Assembly (NCBI GenBank): GCA_000004985.1
Contig: GG738847.1
DNA: 64,000 nt
Reading direction: 5' to 3' (one strand)
Source: Naegleria gruberi
Lineage: Eukaryota
Positions 1-11,449 of this stretch are shown piece after piece. Position 1 is the stretch's first letter. Each line of letters starts with the position of its first letter. Both the position numbers and the translations under genes were made by a program. A model generated the notes under the pieces. It was not told the origin of the DNA. It searched no databases and saw only the letters and a program-made list of their open reading frames with translations.

Positions 1-439
1 TTAATATGATGCTGATAATTTATAGTGTTTTGATCATCCATGAAAAGTTAGTGCAGGCCGCGGGTGTTTAAGCAATTCCTACGGATGTCCTGGACACAAG
101 TTTTTTGCAATTCCGAAATCCATAGATCAACCAGGAATGGAACATAATAAAATTCTTCTCATTGTAAATGTATTTTTATATTCTTAATTATCATTGTAAT
201 GTTTTGGTCAACTTTAATGTTTTTAAGAATGTTTTTTTTAATAATAAATTATAAAATTGTTGCTTAGATGGATTGAATCTGATGAAGGAATGGAATCCAA
301 TTCCATAGCTATCTTTCACAATTCAATCACAATTCATGCCTAGTATACTGAATAATCTATACACGATCCAAATCATCTAGGTCGGTAACTTCACTAGCTG
401 GAATGAGAGTATCAGCGTCCAATAAATACTCTTCATAGG

Positions 440-1243
440 TCATTGGTGGCATAATACCTTCAACAGATCGACAATATCTTTCATACTCTTGTCGCTTAAC
501 TTGGTTTTGTTTTTCTTCTTCGGTCTGTTGTTGTTGTACAGTGGAACTGGTGAGTTGTGAACCACTTGAAACTCCACTACTACGCTGCTTCCTTCAAGTA
601 TTTCTCGTTGTAATTCAGTTGCTTGTTTTTGAGATTTCAGAATGTTTTGAGCATCCTTTACAGCTTCTTGTTCCTTCTTTGCATTTTCTAAAATTTCTTT
701 TTCGGCCTGTTTACTCAGCAATTCCTCTTCTTCTTTAAGGTTAGCCTTCTGCAATTTGGTTGCATCAACTTCACCAAAGAACTTGTTGGCTTTTTGAACG
801 TATTCTTTCATTTGTTTATCCCAATCTTCGTCAACTTCCTCATCCTGTTGAGATGTCCTTGAGTTTCTCTTTTTTTTAGTTTGTTTCTGTTTCTTTTTCT
901 TCTTTTTCTTTACTTCAAAATCAGAGTCATCTGAATCCTTTTCGGAATCAGAATCAGAAGTGTCAAAAGAAGAGGTCTTTTTACTTGTTGATGTTTCGAT
1001 TGACTTTCTTTTGGCTACTCTAGGATTTCTATTGGTAGTAGAGGTTGAACTACTAGTGGCTGTTGATGTAGATTCTGGTTTATCATCATCTTCTGATAAA
1101 CTAAATGCTTCCTCTTCTGTTGTTGGTGGACGAATAATCGTCTCAAAACGAGTTTCATTATCATCATCTTTATGAGTAGATCCGAATAGTTCTGATGATA
1201 ACTTTCTTCCTCTATCAGTTTTTTTCTTTGCAAATACTCTCAT
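440..1243 (-). CDS. Lys/Ser/Asp/Glu-rich low-complexity protein (nucleolar-like), function unknown
   Basis: ORF 440..1312(-); the first in-frame ATG corresponds to MRVFAKKK at 1243. Long K-runs and acidic/Ser tracts. A possible 3' splice or frame change near 440-560 was not resolved. Confidence 0.4.
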   Translation of the reverse strand: MRVFAKKKTDRGRKLSSELFGSTHKDDDNETRFETIIRPPTTEEEAFSLSEDDDKPESTSTATSSSTSTTNRNPRVAKRKSIETSTSKKTSSFDTSDSDSEKDSDDSDFEVKKKKKKKQKQTKKKRNSRTSQQDEEVDEDWDKQMKEYVQKANKFFGEVDATKLQKANLKEEEELLSKQAEKEILENAKKEQEAVKDAQNILKSQKQATELQREILEGSSVVVEFQVVHNSPVPLYNNNRPKKKNKTKLSDKSMKDIVDLLKVLCHQ

Positions 1244-1902
1244 TTTGGAGAAGTTTAAACTTGTCACGCAGTGTGATGATGATTTGATCCTGCTGCTGAT
1301 GAAAACACACAATAAACAAACGTTATGGTGTCAAGTTATTTTTTTGATTTTGAAAACTTGAAAAAGGCGCCAAACGTGTGTAACGGAAACATTTGGATAA
1401 CAAATTACATCTTCATCATGATGAATATAAAATATAAGAAGATAAATACCACTGTGTTATCTAATCGTCGGAATGTTGTCAAATAATTATTGAAAAATCC
1501 TGTTATTATTTTTTTAATTGAAACCCAAAATTTTATGAACATTTAATTAATTGGTATTTTTGGTGTGAACAGTTTGAGCAGGGGACCTTTGAATGATGAA
1601 ACAAAACTCTTTATCTAAACCTAGCTCTATGATTCGATGTGATTATTCCTAAGTTCAAATTATTATTCTGACCAATTTGATTGTTGCAATTAGTTAATTT
1701 ATTGCATATTGTACAGACCTTTTTATTGACATTATTTCTTCTTTAAAGAAGGACATTTTTGAAAGAAAACATTCATCCTCATTATCTTGACAATTCTTTC
1801 TTCTGAAGCTTTTCACAATCCAGAAAATGTTTTGGGCTTGAATTGTCTGGGAATCGTTTTGCCGCCAAAAACAATTTTAAAACGTTAATCAATTCAAAAA
1901 AA

Positions 1903-4133
1903 ATGACCGATTTTTCATCAAACAAAATCTTTGCTCCAAAGACTGATGGAAATGTCGATTTGAGTACAATAACCGAGTCGAATGCCGGAACAGTCTTTGG
2001 TTTATTTATTAATAATTTTAAACAGGATAATCAATATATTTATAAGGATCAAATGAGGTCTCACTTTGCTAATGGGCTCTACTATTTAGAAGTTGAATTG
2101 TTGCACCTCTCGGCATTCAATGATAATTTACATAATGCCATCATTAACACACCTAATACATATATTCCTTTGGTAAGTTTGATGATACGGAAATTCTAAA
2201 ATTTTGGAAATAGGTGGAAAAACATGTCAAGGAAAGTGTCATACCCAAACTGTGTAAACCAACAACTGAAAAACAATCAGAAGAAGAATTTAAAGAATTT
2301 TTGAAGGATATTCCTTTTCAAGTCACATTCAAATGGTCAATTGCAAAACCTATTAACATTAGAGATTTGAAAGCAGAAGACGTTGGTAAAGTTGTTTGTG
2401 TGAAAGGAATCATTATTAATAATTCTAGAGTGAGTGTAAAGATTGAAAAGGCCTATATTAGATGTTCTCTTTGTCCTAAGGAAGAAATCATTCATGTAAA
2501 TCCAGGTTAGTATATTATATTTCAGTAAATTTGGATCTGACACATTTTAGGTTTTACTGGAATAACACTTCCAACAAGATGTAACAATGAAGGTGGATGT
2601 AAAGGATCTTTCAGAGTAGTACCTGATAAATGTAAATATTACGATCAACAAACACTCAAATTACAGGAAAGCCCTGAAACTGTAACAACAGGTGACATGC
2701 CTAGAACCATTTTAATGTATAGTGATAGATATCTTGTTGAAAGAACGCCACCAGGTACAAGAGTCAATGCAGTTGCAATTATGAGTACATTCCACTCTTC
2801 TGGAGCTAAGAAATCGGATTCTAATATTTCACAACCTTATTTAAGAGTAATTGGATTTGAAATTACAAATGATGGTTCTGGTAGATCAAGGATTGAATTT
2901 TCAAGCAGTGAGGAAAATGAAATGAGACAATTCGCCAAACAAAAGAATCTCTACAAGAATATTGCAGAATCTATTGACCCTGCCATTTATGGTTGCGAAG
3001 ATATTAAGAAGGCTCTTGCTTGTCAATTATTTGGAGGTTCTGCCAAAACGCTCAATGATGGTATTAGAAGAAGAGGTGACATTAATGTTTTGCTCCTTGG
3101 TGACCCTTCCACTGCCAAATCTCAATTACTGAAATTTGTGGAAAAGGTTGCCCCAATTGGAGTTTATACAAGTGGTAAAGGCAGTAGTGCTGCTGGTTTA
3201 ACTGCTTGTGTTATTAAGGAACCTGGAACAGGTGAATTCTATTTGGAAGGAGGGTCAATGGTTCTGGCTGATGGTGGTATTGTCTGTATTGACGAATTTG
3301 ACAAGATGAGAGAACAAGACAGAGTTGCTATTCACGAAGCTATGGAACAACAAACTATTTCAATTGCCAAAGCTGGTATCACAACTGTATTGAACAGTAG
3401 AACGTCTGTTTTAGCAGCTGCCAACCCTCTCTTTGGTAGATATGATGATTTCAGATCTCCAGCTGAACAAATTGATTTCCAAACTACTATCCTTTCAAGA
3501 TTTGACATGATATTTATTGTGAGAGATTTGGTGGATAAAGACAGAGATCAGAGAATTGCCAATCACGTTCTTAATCACAAGCGTGATAGCACTAAGAATA
3601 CACAAGACGAAAGTAGCATCTACAAACTCAAGAGGTATATTGCCTTTGCTCGTTCATCTTGTTCACCTAGATTGAGTGATGATGCCTCTGAATTTTTATT
3701 GAATTTCTATGTACAACAAAGAGAAGCCAGTAAGACTGAAGACTCTATTATTCCTATAACGGTAAGACAATTGGAAGCCTTAATTCGTATTTCAGAATCT
3801 CTTGCCAAAATGGAACTTGCTGATTCAGCCACTCTCAAACATGCAGAAGAAGCAGTGAGATTATTCAAGAGCTCTACAGTCGAAGCCATCAATAGTCATG
3901 GTTTGGGTGGAGAACTTGCATTAGCTTCCATGTCAAAAGATTTACAAAATATTGAAAATGAAATCCTCAAAATTACTCCTATCGGTCACACAACACAAGT
4001 TGAAGCCATTGTTAGTAATTTGGAAAATGCTGGTTTCAAACGCCATCTCATTGAAAAGGCCATATTTGTTATGTGTCAAAGAAAAGATATGGAATATAAG
4101 GCACAACGAAGATTCATCCAAAGAAATAGATAA
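1903..4133 (+). CDS. mcm5: DNA replication licensing factor MCM5 (3 exons: 1903..2172, 2214..2505, 2551..4133)
   Basis: Walker A GDPSTAKSQLL, Walker B CIDEFDKMREQDRVAIHEAMEQQTISIAKAGITT (an MCM5-specific string), arginine finger SRFDMIF. N-terminal YYLEVELLHLSAFNDNL matches the MCM5 N-terminus. Introns of 41 and 45 nt with GT..AG in consistent phase. Confidence 0.9.
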
Positions 4134-4270
4134 TTTAACAAATAACCAAATAAAACAGAGCTCTCTAATAATTTAAGATTTTATTTAACAATAAGGAGAT
4201 CTATAAAATACAATAATTTAAACGGTGTTTATTACTTAGTTATTCCCAATGATATGAAATTGTTGTTAAT

Positions 4271-5050
4271 TTACAACAAACTACTATCAGGGACCTTATC
4301 TCCCAACATAATGTTATCCATTTCTCTTTCGCTGAGTCCTTGCTTCTTCTTTTCAATGTAAAGTAATTCTTCATCTTCATGCAGATATCCTTCAGGCTTG
4401 AATGATTCTTCCAAACTATTTCCGAATAATTATTGTTATTTTGTGATGATGGTTATTATTATTAATAATAATATTCAAATTATTATTATGTGATGATGAT
4501 AATTTCCGGAATTAATTTCCAATCATGTTAATTATTGAACAACTTACACTTGTTGATAGAGAGCATTAGCATATAATTGGTCATTGACGAAGGCTTGTCT
4601 AATAATTTGATTATAGTCATCAGTGAGTGAGTCCAACTTGGAGTTGTATGATTCCAAAGCGTTATAGAGGAGAGACATGGCCTCAGTGTTAATGTTTTTC
4701 ATGTTTTGATGGACGTGTTCCTTTGGTTGCTTGAGAGCTTTAGCAACAGCAGAGACGATGAAACTTTCCAATCTGTTTTTAGACAATTTAGAGAGGGATT
4801 CATCAACAACAACTCTATTAACGGTACCCAATCCATTAACGTAGGCTGTAACATTTGGTGTATTTTCTCCGGTGAAGGCTTTTCCAATATATTCCTTATA
4901 CTTTAATTCATTTCTTAATTTGAGAGTATTATTTTCAATGTGGTGCATAATTTCAGCTCCTTGTTGTGGTGAAAGTTTGTGTCCTCTCACTAAAAATCTC
5001 ACCAATTTTTGCATTGGAGAAGCGACAGTCTTTTGAGTTTTAAGCATCAT
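4271..5050 (-). CDS. Conserved hypothetical protein, about 215 aa (2 exons: 4548..5050, 4271..4415)
   Basis: ORF 4544..5050(-) ends at a GTAAGT donor. A 132-nt intron (4416..4547) with acceptor AAATAG joins in phase 2 to a 48-codon exon (LEESFKPEGYLHEDEELLYIEKKKQGLSEREMDNIMLGDKVPDSSLL*). The terminal exon is not in the ORF track. Confidence 0.5.
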
Positions 5051-5253
5051 TTTTTTTATTCAATCAATTTTTTAATAAATTTTTATTTTATTTAATTATA
5101 TTTCATCGTTGTGAATGATAACAATATTTATGATCGTCCACCTATTAGTAATAAACACTAGTAATATGATAACAATCATATAGTTCGGCAAGAGTGAGAT
5201 TGCTATCATCACAGACAATTAATTCCAAACAAAAAATTTAAAAAAAATATTTC
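5051..5253. promoter_or_regulatory. Divergent intergenic region between the 4271..5050(-) gene and the 5254(+) gene
   Basis: 203-bp AT-rich spacer between two head-to-head ATGs. Confidence 0.3.
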
Positions 5254-5685
5254 ATGGCTTCAGCATCGCTCGGACCGTGCTTGGCACTTGCAGTGTGTAT
5301 CGCTGGAATTGGAGGTGGACCATATCTTGGTAGAAGATTATTTGAAGGAGAATGGGTAGGTTTTGAAACTAGTAAAAAGAGTGTTAAATAGTCGAAAATT
5401 TATAATTTCATATTTATTATTGGATATTGAATATCAACATCATGATGATAGAGAGAAAAACAAAAACCAGACTTTTTCAGATACGGTTTGTGGATGAGAG
5501 ACTATGCTGTCTCTGATACTATCCGAGAAGGAGTTGAACCAACAAATGCTTCCATCAAATCACCAGTGGCCAAGCCAGTTTTTGGTTTGTTTGGACCAAA
5601 TATTGATACCACAAATCCAATGAAGAAGGAATTTGATGAACAAATGGATAGATTATTACTTGAAGTTGCTTTCAAATCAAAGTAA
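5254..5685 (+). CDS. Small membrane protein, 2 exons (about 5254..5355 and about 5481..5685); splice phase unresolved
   Basis: ATG at 5254 gives a hydrophobic N-terminus MASASLGPCLALAVCIAGIGGGPYLGRRLFEGEW, followed by GTAGGT. After acceptor TTTTTCAG at 5480 the open frame reads YGLWMRDYAVSDTIREGVEPTN...FKSK*. The two exons are in phases that cannot be joined by a canonical GT-AG intron without a 1-nt indel. Confidence 0.3.
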
Positions 5686-5934
5686 ATAATATTGATAATA
5701 ATTTGGAATTTTGATGCAAATGATAAATAGGGCTACAATATTTGTTATTTGTGTAGTAAATACAATTAGAAAATAAATCAGGTGGCGATTATTATATGAT
5801 GTTTTTACTAAATGATGAATAATAGAAATGAGGATATTAGAATTCAATAACTATTGGCAAATGGTGCCATCGTTAATTACCGTTATTATTATGAAATTAA
5901 AACACTCCATCTTCAAATAATAGATAAAGAAAAA

Positions 5935-6852
5935 ATGTCATCACAACAAGATAGCCAATCGTCATCCACAAAACACAAAGTTGATCCGAATGGAAAGTAT
6001 TATGAAGTTTTAGGAATTGAAAATTGGCAAGATGCCTCTTCCGAAATTATTCAAAAAGGTTTTCGTAAGATGGCAGCACTCTACCATCCTGATAGAGTTG
6101 TCGATGATGAAGAGAAAAAGAAGGACTATGAGACCAAATTTTCTAAAATAACAGAAGCCAACTCAATCCTCAAAGATCCCGAACTCAAAACTAAATATGA
6201 TCTTATTCTAAAGCAAGCAGAATTTAAAGAAAAGCAAAAACAGGAAATGGATGAAAAAACTAAAGAGTTGAGAGAATCTTTGGAGGAGAGAGAAAAACAA
6301 GCTCATCAAAATCGATTGAAAAAAGAGAATATGGATCTAGTCTTTGCTAATAAGGAATTGGCATCAAGAATTAAGGAAAGTGGAGCCTATGATGCCCTGT
6401 ACAAAGTTCAAGAAAAGAAGCAGGAAAGAGAAAAGAAGGAAAAAAAAGACAAGAAGGAATCAGGTCCCACTCGACAAGTCATAGTTTCTTGGAAGAAATC
6501 TCAGGAAATAACTGAAGAAAAACTCAAAGTACTCTTTACAAGATTATTTGGACTTATTGAAATTATGATTTTCAAGGAAGCCAAAAGGAAATGCATTATT
6601 TCTTTCGAATCCGAGTCAAGTGCTCAGAAAGCAAAAGAATTCGATTGGGATGATCTCATTCAATACAAATTTAAAGTCAAACTAGCTGGAGGATCTTCAT
6701 CGTCAACAACTGAAGAGAATGATACTAAAAAAAGAGCAATGAGTGAAGCAACAACGATTGAATCTGACTCTGAGGAAGAATCAAGCAAACAGGATTATGA
6801 TCTCAATTTAAGACTAATGAGAATGGCCAATAAGAAACACAAAATAACCTAA
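5935..6852 (+). CDS. DnaJ (J-domain) protein with C-terminal RRM-like domain (DNAJC17-like)
   Basis: J-domain YYEVLGIE...AALYHPDR (HPD motif). C-terminal region VIVSWKK...KCIISFESESSAQKAKEF is RRM-like. The ATG at 5935 is in frame with track ORF 5854..6852. Confidence 0.75.
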   Translation: MSSQQDSQSSSTKHKVDPNGKYYEVLGIENWQDASSEIIQKGFRKMAALYHPDRVVDDEEKKKDYETKFSKITEANSILKDPELKTKYDLILKQAEFKEKQKQEMDEKTKELRESLEEREKQAHQNRLKKENMDLVFANKELASRIKESGAYDALYKVQEKKQEREKKEKKDKKESGPTRQVIVSWKKSQEITEEKLKVLFTRLFGLIEIMIFKEAKRKCIISFESESSAQKAKEFDWDDLIQYKFKVKLAGGSSSSTTEENDTKKRAMSEATTIESDSEEESSKQDYDLNLRLMRMANKKHKIT

Positions 6853-7032
6853 TTTGATTTTCAACATTTTATAGAACATGTGAAGAAGGTAAAAGTATTA
6901 GTCGAGATGAAAAGAAATGATGATAGCAAGATAAGGACCTATTCTGAACCAAATGAAGGTGAAGAGAAAGTTCCAATAATTATTAATTCCCATTTCAAAT
7001 AAAAAACAATAAATTTTAAAAGTTAAAAAAAA

Positions 7033-7320
7033 ATGGTGTTATTTTTCAGTTTTTTTAAAACTCTTGTTGATAAGGAAGTGATTGTCGAGTTGAAGAATGA
7101 TGTATCACTGAGAGGAACTTTGCACAGTGTTGATCAATATTTAAATGTTAAATTAAATAATGTACAAGTTGAGGACAAGGAAAAGTATCCATATTTATGC
7201 TGTATTAAAAATTGTTTCATCAGAGGAAGCACAGTCCGATATATACAACTCCCAGCTGCTGATGTGGATACGGAAGCATTACAAAATGCTACAAGAAAGG
7301 AACATATGCGTAAGAAATAA
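7033..7320 (+). CDS. lsm2: U6 snRNA-associated Sm-like protein LSm2
   Basis: 95-aa single-exon ORF, near-identical along its full length to LSm2 (FFKTLVDKEVIVELKND...GTLHSVDQYLNVKL...KNCFIRGSTVRYIQLP). Confidence 0.85.
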   Translation: MVLFFSFFKTLVDKEVIVELKNDVSLRGTLHSVDQYLNVKLNNVQVEDKEKYPYLCCIKNCFIRGSTVRYIQLPAADVDTEALQNATRKEHMRKK

Positions 7321-7488
7321 TTTTGGAATCAATTTCATGTACATATATTAAATTATTAATTTTATTATGATGGTGATGATTATTTTCACAATTTATTATA
7401 AATTAAAACGGAGAGGAGATTGGAATACTATTAATTGTTCAGGATGTATTTGTTTTAACTCGATAGTCTTGTTATTTCTACAACTTTA

Positions 7489-8130
7489 TCACAGTGCATC
7501 AAAGATGTCATCAAATGAAATTGGAGTAATTGCTGAAGGCATTGGAGAAGGTAGTGGAAGACCACTTGAATCAACATCAACTTGAAAAGGAAGTGAAGAA
7601 TCCTCACTAGTTGGAGGCTTGGTCACTTGTTTCATCTTTTCGTCAGAAAGTGTCACAAATACATCTTCAGCCTTACCAGTCTCTGGATTAAATTCCATAA
7701 ATATTGGAGTTGGATATTCTAAAAAGTCTGCTATAGAATCAGCTTGTGGACAAAGTTCAATAGCCTCACATTCTTCAATTGTTGGTATTTTCAATTGTGG
7801 TTTTTGATTTGTTAAATTCTTGGTAGTCAATTCGGATTTTTTCTTCTTTGTAGGTTGTTGATTTGTTTGTGTTGTGATTGTTGACTTCTCTTGATTTGTA
7901 ATATCACCAAGAGCCTTTCGTTTCTGACCTCCTGTTGTTGTCTTTTGTGATGAAAAAGATTTATCCTGAGTTTCTTTTATTTTGATCGGACCCGAAGATG
8001 ATGAAAGAATATTCTTCTTTATAGATGGAGTAGAAGGAGGCACTGAATTTTCTAAATCAGTGACAGCTTTTATCTTTTCGTGATGAATTTGTTGTTGTTG
8101 CTGACGATCCACAATGATTTGTCTTTTCAT
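7489..8130 (-). CDS. Securin-like protein (putative APC/C substrate with D-box)
   Basis: 213 aa with destruction box RKALGDITN (RxxLxxIxN), K-rich N-terminal half, and a C-terminal YPTPIFMEFNP segment resembling the securin separase-binding segment, followed by a Pro/Ser-rich tail. Confidence 0.4.
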   Translation of the reverse strand: MKRQIIVDRQQQQQIHHEKIKAVTDLENSVPPSTPSIKKNILSSSSGPIKIKETQDKSFSSQKTTTGGQKRKALGDITNQEKSTITTQTNQQPTKKKKSELTTKNLTNQKPQLKIPTIEECEAIELCPQADSIADFLEYPTPIFMEFNPETGKAEDVFVTLSDEKMKQVTKPPTSEDSSLPFQVDVDSSGLPLPSPMPSAITPISFDDIFDAL

Positions 8131-8452
8131 TTTTTATTTAAAAACTTATTCGAAAATCAAGTAACAAAACGGCAAAAAATGGCGCCAAGCCAAAATTGTC
8201 CTCTCTTGATAACTGTAAACACCAAACTCAAAACCAACCTTAATTATCCTCCAATTGTGCACTAACGACAGCCTCATTATTATTATAATACTACCAAACA
8301 AGCTACTCAATAGCCTTTCATCCCGCCCAATTCACACAGTTTATTCTCACAACAATAGCCTAAGAAACGAGAATGCACAATTTTTCTTCATTTGGTATTT
8401 TTTTTGCACTTCGCACTCCAAGCAACTTTGTTCAAATTTGAAAAGAAAAAAA

Positions 8453-9862
8453 ATGAAACAACAATCAACATTATGCTGTAACGTCTTGATAATAGGTGGT
8501 GGTTTGGCTGGGCTTTCCGCTGCTCATCATTTTAACTCGGTGGGAATGAGTGATTTCCTTATTGTCGAAGCTGACTCTCGTTTGGGTGGGCGTATCTATT
8601 CTGATACCCAAAGTGGTATTGAAATTGGTGCTGAATTTATTCATGGTCAAGGAAGCATGGCTCATGATATTCTTACCAAGTTGAAAGTACCACTCGATCA
8701 CGTTTTTGATTTTTCAAAGACTAATCCAAAGGAACATGGTGCCATGTATTTCATTGGTAAGTGTTTTTTAGTTTGATATGCTTATCGGAAATTAGATGGA
8801 AAACTTCATTCGATTGATTCACCTATTGCTAAGGAAATGCTTGGTATTATTGATGAATTGATGGAAGATAAGGAATTAAAAACAAGCCCAGATATGTCAA
8901 TTAAGGAATGGTTAGTCAAGAGAAAGATTCCAGAAAAGTATCACGTTTTTATTGATTCACTCCTCGCCAAAACAAATGGTGGGTGCATTAATACAGTTAG
9001 TGCTAAGGGTATACAAGAAGAAGGAAACAAGTGGCCATATGGTTCAGGAAACTTCCAGCTTAATGGTGACCACTATATGGAACCATCCTTGATGAAATAT
9101 TTATTGAATAATTTATCACTTAAGGATCAGGTTAAACTTGATTATGTTGTCCGTAAAATTGATTATACATGCAAATCGGGAATGATTAAGATCAATGATG
9201 GTGAAATTTTGTGTAATAAGGTCATTTGTACCGTCCCTATCACTGCATTGAAGAATCAAACTGTTGTTTTTAATCCACCATTGTCACCAATTAAGAAGCA
9301 CATTATTCAAAACATGTTACCAATGCAAAGTGGTATGAAAGTTGTTTTGAGATTTAAGAAACCATTCTGGAGAACAATGATTCCAGATACTAATATTATC
9401 ATCCTTGGTGATGAAAATCCATTTGTTGCTCAACTCTGGTTCCCACATACAACTCAACAAAAGCACGATCAATATGGTTACTACATGACTGGTTTCAGTA
9501 TGGGTAATAAGACTGATCATGGTCTTTTTTACACAGAAGAAGAAATTGCTCAAAGTATGAGAAAGATGGTTCACAAAGTTTTTGGTTTGAATGAATCTAA
9601 TGACGGTTTCATTGGAGGTATTGTCAAGAATTGGCAATCATTCCAATACGTTGCTGGTTCATATGCCTATTGTGGTGTTACTGATGCCTCCAGAAAGAAC
9701 TTTGTTGAAAATTGTAGACAAGTTTTGGGTGAACCAATTGAAAATAGAATCTACTTTGCAGGTGAAATTTATGCTGACTATTCTCCAGCCACAATTCATG
9801 GTTCTATGGAAACAGGTGATGCTGTTGCCAAGTCCATCATGAGCAGAGGATCCAAGTTATAA
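8453..9862 (+). CDS. Flavin-containing polyamine/amine oxidase with C-terminal PTS1 -SKL (exons 8453..8756, 8796..9862)
   Basis: FAD-binding VLIIGGGLAGLSAAHHF at the N-terminus. Amine-oxidase C-terminal block YFAGEIYADYSPATIHGSMETGDAVA. 39-nt intron GTAAGT..TTAG in phase 1. The protein ends RGSKL*. Confidence 0.8.
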
Positions 9863-9891
9863 ACAATTTATTGAACTAGCATTTCTCTTAT

Positions 9892-11163
9892 TTAAAGTTG
9901 TGAAGCATCAAAGGTTCGAGGAGCATCATCATCCCCTTCTCTTGAAGGCATGTTATCGTTGAGTGTTTCATTTGATTTCATTCCTCTTTGCTCGCTGAGG
10001 ATTGAGTAAATGGTCCTTCCATTATTAATATAAATATCCACAAACTTTCTATCAAATTCAAACATATTATCCTCTGAATCGTCTAAAATTATAATATCCT
10101 TGATTTCTTCTGGAATATCTTTCGAAGTATCCTTTCTCAAGTAGGATGATTCTAATTTTTCTTCCTCAACTGTAAACATATTGATCTTCTCCTTTGTGTA
10201 GGTCTTGGTATTTTGTAAATGGGTGAAGAGTGAGTAGCATCGGGTGAGAGAATTGGCATGGTAGGTACACTTCTTTGAGCAAGTATCCATTTCTAAAAGT
10301 TCATAACATTCAGAGATCACCTTCCAGAATGAATAGCTTCTAATATTCGTCTGATAACAAGTGTCAATGACTGTAAATTTAAATCTGATATCCACTCCTT
10401 GTTCATTGACCGTGACATCCTTCTTTTTAATCTCATCACTAATAAGGAATAACAGTGACTCCTTCACATGGATGCATCTCTGCAATAAACCAATGCATTG
10501 AGTGAGAAGGTACTTATTCAATTTAGTGTTTTTCATGACATGTATCAAAACTCTTGCCTTGAATTCCCAAATCTGTGTCATGAAACTGGCCACATGTGAC
10601 TTGGAAAATTTCTGACTCTTTGGCAAGACACCATTCTTTCTAATAATTTCATACTCTATTACATTCAAATATTTAATAATCATATATTCTGCACCAGTAT
10701 CTCCTTTCATATTATTCATAATCTTCAATAAACATCTTAGGAAGGTATCGAGAATTTCTCTCCTAATCACAATCGGAACTTTCAACAATTTGAACATTTT
10801 AAGAAAATTAGCAATGGAATCATCACTGAAAATATAGGAAAGCAATTCATCACCATCATTAAATTCTTGATTAATTCCTTGCATTCCGATACTTTGAAAA
10901 ATTAATTCCACAACCTTGGTATATTCCCTCTTCATATACATATGATCCAATTCGTATTTTAAACAATTAGGTTCCATTTCCTTTCCTCTCTCTTGACAAT
11001 ACCAATTGCTAGTATGAAATTGTGCAATATATTTAATATTGTTATTATTATTTTCATCATGATGATTATTTTCCGAATATTCAGTTGTTGTTTCTTCTTC
11101 TATTGGAGCATTAAATTCCGAACCAGAATTTTGCAAGGGATTTACCTCTTTCTGTTGACTCAT
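9892..11163 (-). CDS. Hypothetical protein (423 aa), Asn-rich N-terminus, acidic C-terminus with SIM-like IIILDDSED
   Basis: Long uninterrupted ORF with ATG at 11163. No recognised domain. Confidence 0.5.
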   Translation of the reverse strand: MSQQKEVNPLQNSGSEFNAPIEEETTTEYSENNHHDENNNNNIKYIAQFHTSNWYCQERGKEMEPNCLKYELDHMYMKREYTKVVELIFQSIGMQGINQEFNDGDELLSYIFSDDSIANFLKMFKLLKVPIVIRREILDTFLRCLLKIMNNMKGDTGAEYMIIKYLNVIEYEIIRKNGVLPKSQKFSKSHVASFMTQIWEFKARVLIHVMKNTKLNKYLLTQCIGLLQRCIHVKESLLFLISDEIKKKDVTVNEQGVDIRFKFTVIDTCYQTNIRSYSFWKVISECYELLEMDTCSKKCTYHANSLTRCYSLFTHLQNTKTYTKEKINMFTVEEEKLESSYLRKDTSKDIPEEIKDIIILDDSEDNMFEFDRKFVDIYINNGRTIYSILSEQRGMKSNETLNDNMPSREGDDDAPRTFDASQL

Positions 11164-11449
11164 TTTTTTGTAAACGGAAAATGCAATTTTGTAATTGATT
11201 GTGAAGTTTTTTTGTATTTAGAAATATAGTTCGTTTCTTTCAGAACTATTATCTCCCTACAGAACCAACTTTTCAAATCAATCAAATGCACAAATTAACA
11301 ATTGTCTGAAATGGTCAACTCTGTACAATTGGTAACTTTCAACAATTTTCTGCATTCACTCAAAGATGTTAAATTGTCCTGAACTAACTTACCGTACCGA
11401 ACGAGAGTGATTCGTATTGTTTATAACATTACATTTATTATAACAAGAT

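Noticed and set aside
3707-3892. Short antisense or alternative-frame ORFs inside MCM5 and other long CDS (for example 2337..2543, 3952..4176, 12498..12895, 13235..14383)
   Set aside because: They overlap confidently assigned coding exons and have no start context or domain. They are typical overlap-ORF noise.
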